Below are positions 53,939 to 64,000 of a stretch of 64,000 nucleotides of DNA, one piece after another. Source of the stretch: Phoronis australis (taxonomy: Eukaryota; Animalia; Phoronida); the NCBI GenBank assembly GCA_002633005.1, contig NMRA01000135.1:528183-592182 (forward strand). Direction: 5' to 3'. Positions within the stretch are counted from its first letter, which is position 1. Each line of letters starts with the position of its first letter. The position numbers and the translations under genes are program-made. The notes below the pieces were generated by a model. It had not been told where the DNA came from and did not search any database. It saw nothing but the letters and a program-made list of their open reading frames with translations.

Positions 53939-56900
53939 GTCATAATCACCATCACCATCATCGTCATCATCGTCATCGCCACCATCATCTTCACCATCAC
54001 TTTCACCATCACCATCATCATCATCATTGTCATCATCGTCGTCGTCATCATTATCATCGTCGTCATCATCATGACCATTGCCATGATATTGTCACCTTCA
54101 AGTGTACCAACACCATCAATCACCATCGTCATCTTCAACGTCACCACCATAGCCATCATCGCAGCCATAATCTTTGTTGTTTAAGTACACCACGTTTACA
54201 CTTTGAACTGTGATTGTATGCAGGAATGAGATGTAAATACAGGACAAAATAGTTGAATGTTTGCCTTGAGCTCTTTTGACATCACACTCAGTAGAACTTA
54301 AACAGTCGCTTAATTTGAAGTCATCGCCACAAGCATTAAATGTGATCAGGATATGATCGTCCTACACGAATTGTTTACGACAGCCAGTTAGTTTACAAAG
54401 ACTCTTAACGTCATTTCGGCTATTAATTAAGTTACAAGACATTTCATTGCCGCAGGGAATTGTTGTCGATTGGTAGGTTTATGTCATCGACAATGTCCGC
54501 AAATGGGTTTTTCAATTGCACAAATATCGTTTTCGAAAACTGTTGGAAATCATTAGTGAAGATCAGCTCTGCATGAGTTAAGTCAAGCAAATTTTCAATT
54601 GTTTTACAGCAACCATTACGAGTGTATCGCACGTCCAATGATTGCATAAAAAATTTAAAAACATCCTGTTGATAAAACGGTCTGGGGTCCGTTTCAGTAG
54701 AATTGTCCACGGCATTATTCGAAAACTGCAACGAAAGCGAATTTGCAGAACAAGGTTAATACGTCTGTGCCCCGGTTCCGAAATAGTTTTACCTTCCCAC
54801 GGTTCTGTCATCGGAGTTTGATGTAGACGCGTAGTTCGATACACGAAATGCATGTCTATAACAAACTCCAAAAACTTCATATTTTACAGATCATACCCTT
54901 CTACACTTACTAACCAAAAAACTTTAATATTTACATCTTAATTGCAATTACACGAAACTGTTGTAGTTTGTACACTGTACTGCACGAGTGATGTTTGCTT
55001 CAATCTCCAGTCATGTACACGAACGGCGTTGCTATAAACATGCGATTTCTGCCAAACAATTCAATTCATGTCATTTACCGTTATAAAATTGAGTTCATCT
55101 TATTCTACAGTCAAATTAACAAGGATGTCTGGGCTTGAGAAAAATTGACATCCCGTCATTGCTTCAAACCAAGCCCGTGAAGTTTGCTAGTCACGGCTGG
55201 TTAGTTTCAGCCGCCGAAACAGGATGGCCTACAATGGTATTCTTGTGTTTTTTTACAGCTACCTGTAATTTCAGTTCAAGCAAATGATCAGAAAACGATG
55301 ACGCTCTCTGTGGAAGAGCAAACACACATGTGCGTGCGGAACGTTGCTGTTGACGATGAAACATGGTTTATAATCGTTCAACCAAATGACATAGAAGTGA
55401 TTTGTGCTTCAATCATGGGCCAGAAAAACTCTTCAAGAGCATTTGTGTAACTACCCTGTCAAGCATAGGCCGGCAAAATATGATGTCTTTTCCCTATTTC
55501 GCGGAAATGTGGGCATATAACGGATTAATGAGTGTGTGACAAATTTCATCTGTCAACGCAGATAATCACGCGTCTGAAATGCAATTACTGCTAAATGTCG
55601 TTTTGTAACTTAGCTTATAAAAAGTGAGTGACGCGGAAAGAATGTTGAGCCCTCGCCCATCAAGCCACGGCTCTCGTGTTCACACATTCCTAACACACCT
55701 TTGAAAGCAGTAATGGGGCATTTACAAAAAGTATTTTAAAAAATTCTATTCCTGCAAGATGAACAAAGCAATGTGCAATTAACGCATGCGCAGAAATACT
55801 GTTGGGCCATGAAATAGGGGATTATGGGTAAAAAATGGCGAACAACCGCAACAAATGAGCAGTGTTAGGTTTATTAGGCCTGACGACTATTTCTAGCACA
55901 TAAAAACACATAAAAGAAGTAATGTTCATGAAAGGTTATGATTTGATTCAGACGTTTAACACACTATACTTGATGCATGTTGTTGCGATGATAATTCGTG
56001 TTTTTGTTGAATTTACTTGTCACCTAAAACTCAAATTACAAGCCAGTTTATGAAGCCCACAGAAAATACGCATTTTAAAAGCCATTTTAAAGGGATGGCC
56101 AACCAACCTCTGCGAAATGGAAAAGTCTAGCATAAACAGCACGAGCTAGATTCCAATTGAAGTCAGGGCAAAAAAATCTTAGACGGGTTTGCTAGAATTT
56201 ATCTATCAATCAAAACTGTTCTTGTGTTGACCGCTTGGCTGGAAATGCATCCAAAAAGCCAATGTTTCTCGTCACTGCGCATAGTCTTGAGTGAAAAATT
56301 AATACGACTGCCTTGCACAAAATTTTGATTTTCGAAAATGTAAGCCATTAGCTAATTATTAGGCTCAAATTAATGGTCCACTCTCTTATTAAGAAACCCG
56401 ATGACACTTGAAACGTAAATCTAAGTTGGTCGGGTGATATCACGAAGTAATTGACCCGTGAAAGTAACAATCAACCCTATTCGCCCACGTTTTATTTCTA
56501 CCGCACTTCCGGCTGAGATCCACATATTGTTTCCCTTCAATTCTTGCGATCTGTGTAATTACCCGCAATGTTAACAAGATTAGAACTATGAAAGAAAGAA
56601 AAGAACCCAGATTTAAATACTATACGCTACAGTATTATATGTTAATATCGATAACTGGAATATCAAAGGCTTAGATTTCTTGAAAGCCTTCTCAGCTGCT
56701 CGATCGGGTTTCCATTGATCTATTTAGAATATTTATGTAACTGACACAATTATTTATTTCCTGCAAGAACGCTATAAGGAAACAGTTACATGCCTTTCGC
56801 GCTACTTAATTTTGTAAACGAATGATGTTTGAATGGTAACTGTTAAGACCTGTTGTACTTTTTTAACATTTCTTTACACTAATAATTTCTCCTTTTCAGA

Positions 56901-59900
56901 TAAATGCAAGAATGTACCTCGATTACTAAGAAACCGCTGTTATGCAAGTAAGTAGTTTTTCTATAGAATTGTGGTTTATGAAAATGTTATCAGGGAATGG
57001 GGGCGATGAATTAGAAATGACAACCGAGAAATGGTTATTTCAAATGTCTTTTAGATAGTCAACTTGAATAACAAATTTGTTGTTAAAATGACGAATTTGA
57101 ATACACTAAGCCCGTGAATGATGAACCTGATATAATGAGCATGCAGATGCAAAAGGAAAGTTTAGTAGGGTTACCACTTGTTTTTAAAGTGCACATAGCT
57201 GCGCCCTTGTTAGATTGAGAGCACTGAACCCATATCTTGATGATTTCACTTAAAAGTGGTCCCGTCATCTGCTCCGGAACAATTGAAATTTCCTTTGTGA
57301 GACAAAACCATTATTCTGCTCAAATCACGTTCTCGTTGTGTGAAAACGCGAATCCTCATGGTTCGAGCACGAAGACAGTGTTTCTGCAGAGCTGTCGACT
57401 GCAGTTGCCAACAACGTCTGCAAGGTTTGTTAACTTTGCGGACGTTTGTAACGGCATTTTCGGTCTTGATTCAAACTTTTGAGAGAAGGTTACAGAAGCT
57501 GAGTATATTTTCATTTTGTTTCAAAGATGTTCAGTGATCTATATTTCAATAAGCTGAAGTAGGGTTTTGTATCCTTTATGTTTGATCACAAACAACTCTA
57601 CCAGAGGACCTAACCTAAAAAACTGCACGGTAATTTTTTGCATTAATGGTAACTTAAAAGATTCTTTGCTGTCAGAAAAAGAATACAACTGCAGAGGAGG
57701 AGTTAGTTTTTCAAGGTCACTAAAAATGTCTGAACACGTTTTCATTTTTTTTTTGTTACTCTCATGCAACAGTTTAAAAAGTAACAAAATATGTCATCGA
57801 CTAAACACTTCTCATAAGAAATGAGCCAACCATATCAGACCAGTTTCCTACGGTTTGAGGCTGACATGACTGGCAAGAGGGCACCCGAAAGCTCCATTTG
57901 GTACAAGATGGGTAATTTTTTTGCACTTTGCAATCAATAAAATGGCATTTTTGTGAGTTAGACAATTGATTGAACAGCAAATTATAGTTGATTATTGGCT
58001 GGAGAGTGAAGAAACTAATCGACAGACAAAATGACCGCCAACTCACAAAATACCGTGTATACTGCAAAATCTTGTTTGGAACTTTGTCCTTAGACAAAGA
58101 AGTTTTACAATCTGCAATCGAAATATTCTAGATTATTTGTTTTTTTCGTGGAATTTTTAATTATTGTCGTGAAGTCACTACTGTAGTCGCATTCGAACAA
58201 CCGCTGCAGTGGAAAACCCAGGAAACTGTCGCCAGCAAGCCAAGCGACAATGATTTTCTGCTAGTAATACTTGGGCTTTGCAGATTTCCTACGGATGAGT
58301 TTTCTTGGGTGTATTGGAACATGATGTCTAGAAGAGACAATGTACTGTTCTTACCAAGCAAAGTATTCATGCGCTGAGTGGAAGTATAAAACTGGGCAAG
58401 ACAGCACAACCAGGGCCATCTGGTGGTACACTGAGCACTGATTACTTTCATAACAGCCACAACTCTCAATTTCCCATATGTAAATACTGTCAGATCAAGT
58501 AGCGTTAATCCATAACCGATGTCATATCGAAATTAGTTGTTCAATAGGTCCAACCGTCCCAAATTTCACCTGAGCACATAACATATTTAATCTTTAAAGA
58601 TATAACACACAGACTGTTTGGAATCAAACATTGAGGTCACGTGACATCTTCAGTTTGGTATCTTGACAGTTATAAATTTCGTCAGAATCTGTAAGGAGAC
58701 ATTTTCTGTATGCCCCAACTGTTAACGTACGTGATTACAAACACACACACTATATCAATTATTGCACAACTATTGTCTTGAAAGGTTATGTTCATTATGG
58801 AATATCTTCACTAGAGTTCACTTCTTAATTCCGACATTGTACCACAAAGAGATTCCGATACAACTGAATCGGAACTCGCAGTAACCTAGAATGGGTCTAC
58901 AGTCAGTAGCAACTGCGGTATCTGACGATTAGTCAGATGTCCTGGAGTTGTATAAAAAGCTTGTTAATGACAGGATATCTGTGAATGACATCTTCTCGTG
59001 GGAATGTCTGTCAAAAGCCTACGAAATGCAAGCACATAAATCAACGATGTTCATAATAAAATAGAACCTGCTGCAATGCAAGACTCATGATTGATATTGT
59101 TCGATCTATTTTGAAAACAGAACGAGCACCAGATGGGGAAATTCACCTTCAGGCAGCATCTGAAATGCTGCCGTGCTTTGCACGTGCTGTCACAATCCAA
59201 GTGCAAAATCTTCATGCATATGCCAGGACTCGATGGTTCAGTGGACTAGAGTGTTTGCACGGTTAGCAGAAGGTCTTAGGTTCGAATCCCGGCCGGTGTA
59301 GAAAGCTTTCAGTCTTATAGTCATTAGATCACGTGATGTGGCCAACGTGTGGCGTGTAGATCAGACTTAAAAATGTTTGCGATCCTGTGCACGCCGGTTT
59401 AAGACTTACATGTTCACGATGCCGAAGTTATTACTGCAAAATGGCGGACAGAGGCATCACAGTCATTCAAGTTGTTTTCTGTCTTTCTTAAACTAGAAAA
59501 CATGGGATTAACTTTTTGAATTTTCATTCCATTCGGGAACTTACTTATTCGGCGGCCATTTTGAGCCCCTTCCTGAAATACCAACTTACGCCTCCCCGAT
59601 TTCGGCAGACTTTTTTCTCCCTCTAGGGGACGTTGGAAGATACCATTTATGTAGCAAATTGCATTTTCAGGTCATCTGTAGAATAAATGGGCTAAATGAC
59701 CTTTTTGAAAATAATGTGGTTTTTTCATTATTCTTTTGATCTATTTCTTAATTTCATTGCAGGTTTGTCATATTTGTATACCATATTCCAAACCAAACTT
59801 GTGTTTATTTAGGCCAAGGAAAAAGATCCAACACAATATTAGTTCGGTCAGCGAGTGACCAAGAGATCAGTATGAGCAGGGCCGTGGGGGAGAGTCGGGA

Positions 59901-60533
59901 CAGTTATTTATTGCATACCTTCATAAAGCGGCTAAAACTGACCAAAGACAGCCTACCAAAAGACACCGTCTTTCCCGGAGTGACCTCAGAAGCAGGATAC
60001 AAGTCAAGCCAAAGGACTTTGAAATTATTGAAAATTCTGGTGAGTTAATTTTTTTATCATGAACTCATGTCGGCACACGTAACATCTTAAGTCGACCAAC
60101 AATTTTACCACAATCTTCTAACAAAAATGAACAAATATTAAGCGTTCGGGAGACGAGGAGTATTACTGTGTAATCTCACTACACCAACACTTAATGATTG
60201 ACGACTTTTATACGTTTATGGCGTAATACTATTACCGGTATTCTGCATCGGATTTCCATACACTCATAGCGCCACAGAAGAATGGACCCTAAGTGTACAG
60301 GGTAGAGATACACGTAAAAGAGAGTCTGTAGCAGGATTACACGGCCAATAGGAATTAAAATTGGAATTGAACGCTCCACCTATGCTGGTGTGCATGAGCC
60401 TGTACAATTTATATATTTTCATGATTAAAGACAATAAATAAAATAAAGTACTGTACGGTTAAGAAATTTTTTTTAGTTTTTGATTTTCTTTTATAAATTT
60501 ATTTTGCAGACACAGACCGAGGAACTGTTATGA
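32334..60533 (+). CDS. Neuropeptide precursor, 125 aa, 4 coding exons: 32334-32412, 56900-56947, 59813-60039, 60510-60533; predicted peptide DKCKNVPRLLRNRCYASQ-amide
   Basis: Exon 1 is a signal peptide MGHTRTVWMTAAFLLCLLLGAHFTQA ending ag|gtaagg, with an in-frame upstream stop. Exon 2 is ccttttcag|...|gtaagt with a ctaat branch point. Exon 3 opens with SQ-G-KR and ends tg|gtgagt. Exon 4 is ttttgcag|TQTEELL*. Phases 1,1,0 are consistent; AATAAA at 60624 and 60771. Confidence 0.8.
33027..33287 (+). mobile_element. GC-rich MITE family B
   Basis: cacgggcgcacccag ... ctgggtgcgcgcatg; flanks gtaag/ataag. Confidence 0.8.
33340..33567 (-). mobile_element. GC-rich MITE family B, inverted relative to the adjacent copy
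   Basis: Reverse complement aligns to 33027-33287 (aaaaaggt.acctc, aaaa.tccgagt.aacgagacaa, gcgcggatgcac.at, cctgaaccta.tggccccgtttttt). Confidence 0.8.
34430..34600 (+). repeat. Dispersed repeat related to 47780-48080
   Basis: Shared blocks accttattggcaa, aatatctacaaa, aaagta..agcctgtagaatttg, gtcacgtgacc..ttttagt. Confidence 0.6.
34957..35041. repeat. 85-bp near-perfect hairpin
   Basis: 22-bp perfect outer arms cagagatggcgctgtgacagac / gtctgtcacagcgccatctctg plus inner ggaagt/acttcc and tggcattca/tgaatgtca; 7-nt loop. Confidence 0.9.
35445..35805 (+). mobile_element. 3' end of a CR1/L2-type LINE (5'-truncated)
   Basis: Frame ...FKLNIKKWL*, then UTR with gagggccctcttggaaagcagtgctatcactgaagaggccaccctc and an (AATA)n tail; matches 27268-27700. 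Confidence 0.75.
36614..36731 (-). mobile_element. Truncated copy of the tRNA-derived SINE with an inverted duplication of its tail
   Basis: Reverse complement ctttcagactta...gtcacgtgatgtgaccaacatgcggcgtgtatgaagact matches 59306-59368; the tail recurs inverted at ~36698-36731. Confidence 0.65.
37473..37615. mobile_element. GC-rich MITE family C
   Basis: agtggcggatttagg ... cctggatccgctcctg; flanks gttac/gctac. Confidence 0.75.
39262..39724. mobile_element. MITE of ~460 bp with ~125-bp terminal inverted repeats
   Basis: cacccgttccaaacgccgtaactccattcaagagtctattaaatg... is mirrored at the right end; this explains the twin MNGVTAFGTG ORFs on opposite strands. Confidence 0.88.
40635..41420 (+). 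mobile_element. Decayed 5' end of a probable hAT-type transposon sharing the family A terminus, interrupted by a Harbinger-like MITE
   Basis: Begins catgggcggcgcaccacaggg.ggctga, as family A does. Followed by an LLKYFKK...DDPNNDW frame and, after the MITE, STFSEWSQF, resembling the N-terminus/TTF-finger region of ZMYM1/Tip100-type transposases. Weak protein match. Confidence 0.4.
41131..41272. mobile_element. PIF/Harbinger-like MITE, second copy with one end clipped
   Basis: Reverse complement of 21848-21996; preceded by cag. Confidence 0.75.
45649..45882. mobile_element. GC-rich MITE related to family C
   Basis: cagtggcagatctac ... gtagatccgcatctg; flanks gttaa/gttac. Confidence 0.75.
47780..48080 (+). 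repeat. Dispersed repeat with degenerate internal subrepeats, related to 34430-34600
   Basis: Shared motif blocks; aaagtagg.a.c.tg.agaatt occurs twice. Confidence 0.55.
48640..49230. repeat. Compound trinucleotide microsatellite (ACT/AAC/GAC/ACC/AAT)
   Basis: Low-complexity tract. Confidence 0.9.
49880..50150 (+). pseudogene. Decayed LINE ORF2 fragment (region after the RT domain)
   Basis: MIDYCST...DHLQRIKNKASSRL resembles the CR1/L2 consensus LDYC...KLQR.QN.AAR. Confidence 0.35.
51809..51861. repeat. (CAACGG)n hexanucleotide microsatellite, 8 perfect units plus a partial
   Basis: Direct count. Confidence 0.95.
53876..54168. repeat. (CAT)n microsatellite with CAC/CGT variants
   Basis: Trinucleotide tract. 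Confidence 0.95.
54444..54880 (-). pseudogene. Possible decayed P-element/THAP9-like transposase fragment
   Basis: Frameshifted pieces HRRINL, LQFSNNAV, DRFINRMF / KFFMQSLDVR are collinear with HI.L..AQV.S.SVA..FI...KFFD.LNVR. Weak. Confidence 0.25.
58250..59225 (+). pseudogene. Decayed Academ-type transposase fragment in intron 2 of the neuropeptide gene
   Basis: MSFLGCIG (58295) and MIDIVRSILKTERAPDGEIHLQAASEMLPCFA (59087), then frameshifted CHNPSAKSSCICQ. These match the Academ-like motifs MSFLG.IG and AER.G.W.LHL....MLP.F.A.GH..YAKS..Y.Q. Confidence 0.7.
59226..59373 (+). mobile_element. tRNA-derived SINE
   Basis: A box TGGTTCAGTGG 59234-59244 and B box GGTTCGAATCC 59279-59289; non-canonical anticodon loop; 3' body repeated at 36614-36695. 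Confidence 0.75.
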
Positions 60534-61457
60534 TGGATCATTTGCTTACCGCGCCATCTTTAGACCAAGAACAAAGAAGACGAATAGTCTGTGTAATAGA
60601 AGCGCGGAAATGGACGTGAATCCAATAAAAAGATAGCATGTTCGTGTGTGGAAAGTACGTTTATCGGATTTATCTAGCAACTGTCTTGGTATGGATGTGA
60701 CGTCGGTTTGATTTTATACGCGAAGAATTAACGTCTGAAAAGTGTTGTTTCTATGGAGACGGTTAATGAAAATAAAACTCTGCAGCTGTGAAAACTCTTC
60801 TTATAAAAGCAGTTGATCATAGCTGAAGTGCACAGTGTGAGATTCCAGTAAATCAATTTCCTGAGTTTGTAATTTTGTTCATTGACGATTATTTTGGCAA
60901 AACTGCATGTGCCACGTAATGTGCCAACGTAGACTTGGGGCCCTTCACACGTACGCCCATTCGTAGCTATAAGACCGTCGTTTCGTAGACGTCTACTTGC
61001 ACCTGGAAGTTCATTACAGTGGTCGAAAAAGTATGGTCGCTAAATATGAATACGGTCCACACTCGAACGCCACTTAAACTGCAGTGTTTCGTTTCTATAA
61101 AGAAAATGCTGCGTTTAGTTCGCAACAACGTGGTTACGGCGGTCTTGGCTATACAAGCAGGCGTGCGACCTTAAGCGTACCCTCCTGGAGCTAGAACGAT
61201 GACAATAAAAAAGAGTCACCATAGTTATTGTTGCGATCGTCCTACAAGCACCCGAGACAAATATGGCGGAAGACAATTGCTTATAGCCTCGTTACAACAT
61301 CCAGAGCGCTATGTGTATTGTTGAACATTTATAGTAGGAAAAGAAATTTCGCCATGTTGCTAAATATACAGACCAGTTCTGGATAAGGTCCTACGTAACG
61401 GTAACAGTGTCACGTGGGCTGACACACTTATAAACTTCATATACCAAATGCTTACTG

Positions 61458-62029
61458 TTTATTCACATCGCACACTATTAAAAGAAATGTTGCGAAGGCG
61501 AACGCTCAATTTGTGATTATTTATCCCGTCAACGGGTACAGTTACTAGCTGATGGTGAAGCTAGCTACCATTATCAGCGACAGCAGGGTAGAGTTCAGTA
61601 ACTCATGGTCTCGCGGCGACAAAACTTAGTCAAAGTCACGTACTCTCACTAAAAATACACGGCAACATCTCGCGCAGTCTCGCGAAGTTTTGTTTTATAG
61701 AGATGTTCTCGCGAGGTCTTAGCGTTTTGAACTCTACCCTGGTTACCACGTTCGGTCTCCGAGCTGATGATCTTACTCCATCTTGTCAATCGACAAGTTG
61801 TGTGCCACTTTTTAGCTCGGAACTTGTCTACACACTCCGATTTGTCGTGAAAGGAGTTATACATGAAGTCAGGTACGAATGCGAAACTTGTTTGAATCGA
61901 TCGGACATCGAAGCTAGACGTGCCACCGGGGCAAAATGTTTGAATGGGCTTCTAGGCTTTGTATGATGGATAAATCGCAGTGGGCAACAGTTCGCTTGCC
62001 TCCACAGGCCCCATTTTGATAATGCCGCT
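61458..62029 (-). other. Possible 3'-terminal exon of a convergent gene starting beyond this exon
   Basis: Branch point plus acceptor actgacattgtttccacatag| at 62030; all three frames then reach a stop; AATAAA on minus at 61463-61458. Confidence 0.35.
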
Positions 62030-62474
62030 CTATGTGGAAACAATGTCAGTGAAATGTGATCGAAGAATTACACATAAACCGACAAATTTGTTGTGCCAGT
62101 AGCACCTTTGCAAAGCGGCGCCACCATATTGACTTTGCGCCTATGGGACCGTCGCCGCTTTTTGCGTGAGTTTGTCGGAAAGGAGAATTTTGAGTCCAGC
62201 TTGAATAGTTTATTTCATAATTGTAGCTTTAATAATGAACCGTTTCGTTTAGTCAGTAATAGCAATCAAGCGGCGATTGAATCTCCTTACAGACAAGTTT
62301 TATAACTAGGGCCTACAGTGTTATTGAAGGACTTCACAAATTCGTGAGCCTCAGCGCAGACGAAGAGCTATGAGCTCGGCTTGAGCGCTCGAGTCACATA
62401 GCACAACTGTTCACGGCGAGACGGGCCAGTTCATAGAATTGATGTATTTTCACGCCTGAGCTGCTGATCTTACA

Positions 62475-62643
62475 CATGGGCGACACCGCACTGAAAAAAG
62501 TGGGGGGCTAAAGTCTCCTCAGCCCCCTGTGGTGCATCGCCTATAGACCATGTGCGGCGCAGCACTGAAAAAAGTGGGGCTATAACCCCCCCCCCCCCCC
62601 CCNACCCCCCCCCCCCCCAGCCCCCAATGGTGCACCGCCAATG
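62475..62643. mobile_element. Dimeric GC-rich MITE (family A)
   Basis: Two gcactgaaaaaagtgggg units joined by cctatagaccatg; flanks ttaca/ttaaa. Confidence 0.75.
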
Positions 62644-64000
62644 TTAAAACTCTCCGTCTGCGCTTTGCTTTAAGTTGTCCACTGACAGAAATGCAGCCTT
62701 TTCCGCGGTTCCAACGAAGCTTTTGTTCGATAAAATACGCCAGTCGTCTGCTAGTGTAGTGTAGTAACTTGTTTCCACACGATGTGTTCTGACATAGCTT
62801 ACACAGCAGCTGGGGATTATCGTAGTTTGGTGTTACTCAATAACGTGTGCGACAACTTGCGAAAAGGCTGCGATTACAACTGATGTGCACCAGGCTTCAA
62901 TTTATGACCAACTAACTTCACAAAACGATTCTTTGGTAGATTTAAGGATAACTTAGTGACACGTCAAACAGCAAACCAGTGTGTCAAGTATTCGGGTAGA
63001 TATTATAGCCTACTGAGATGAAAGGTGGCAAATATTTTGATTTCCAAACGGAATAAACTGAATATCTGAAGTTTCTGACTAGAGCTTAGAATCTCCATCC
63101 AGAACGGTAAAATCAATCCGCCAAACAAAAGACTCAGGTCTTGAAATTATTTCAAGGACCTCATTTCTACGTTTCTCAGAATTTAAATCAAATGTTTACT
63201 AGCAAACTTTGTTAGGTGTCCATATCACTGGTGAGTAAAAAATACCATTTCGTCCACCTCATCGAATCTTTGTAAAAATGCACTCGTAATTCTGAATATA
63301 AATTACATTCTAGAAGAAAATGTGTTTCTGATAGGTCTAGCACTGACTTTCCACTTGTCCAGCAGGCATATTTCCTCTACTCTATCAAGACCACGAAATC
63401 TTCCCTCAGCTATCGATAAAGAATGTGTCAAACTTTTAATTCTTGCCAAGACTACTGTTACGTGGATTATTTTCCAAAAATGCTATATATTTTTCGTTAA
63501 TGCAATTACTTTTGACATCTGACGATAGACCGTAAAATGTACTGTTTTTTCCAATCCTAGATGGTCGCAGGTCCACTTATGAACTTGCCAACATCGCCTA
63601 CACTTGAGTCTTGTTGTACCCCAAAACTTCAAAATCTTACACAAATAACAATCGTTTGATATTTATAGGCAGGCAACAGCTACATGTACTTTGCTCCCAT
63701 TTCATGTTGCACATTGTGGCACATCCTCTTCCACAAGCTTCAAGATAGCGTTTATCGGTTTAGCCGGCTATGCGAATATCATTCAGAACAGAATTACTAA
63801 TAAAACCAAGTGGGAAAATTGTGGAATTTTGGTATCTTTTAATTGAAAATTCAATGATTGTGCTTCTTAACAGAATACAAGTTGTAGTTGCAGAAGTCAA
63901 CAGTAGTTGATGGCTACAGTATGCCTTTATGAAAATCGCACCCGTCAAACCATTGTTAATAAACCAATGTAACGCTAGTCACAGAAACTCTGTAACACCT

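Noticed and set aside
59226-59300. Functional tRNA gene
   Set aside because: Poor acceptor stem, no U33 or purine 37, and a repeated 3' body indicate a SINE head.
62950-64000. Possible decayed L1/Tx1-like LINE on the minus strand
   Set aside because: Only vague Trp/Cys spacing; too degraded to support by eye.

Overview
AT-rich animal (invertebrate-like) genomic DNA with spliceosomal introns, microsatellites and many decayed transposons; most entries in the ORF track are spurious. Three genes can be reconstructed by hand. (1) A bombesin/CCHamide/EP-receptor-like class A GPCR with an intronless CDS (1560-3254, minus) and an unusual ~230-aa Tyr/Arg/Asp-rich tail; its likely promoter is at ~8.4-8.5 kb. 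(2) A 5-exon, 306-aa secreted Cys-containing protein of unknown family (18890-23164, minus). (3) A 4-exon, 125-aa neuropeptide precursor (32334-60533, plus) that the ORF track misses entirely. It predicts the disulfide-bridged amidated peptide DKCKNVPRLLRNRCYASQ-NH2. The most interesting signal is this precursor, which lies divergently oriented near a peptide GPCR whose wider family binds cyclic or amidated peptides: a candidate linked ligand-receptor pair (inference only). Also present are a possible terminal exon of a fourth gene (~62.0 kb, minus), GC-rich MITEs with 5-bp target duplications, Harbinger-, Kolobok- and Academ-type remnants, a tRNA-derived SINE, LINE 3' ends and a Penelope-like remnant. 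No database searches were run; all family calls come from motif recognition.
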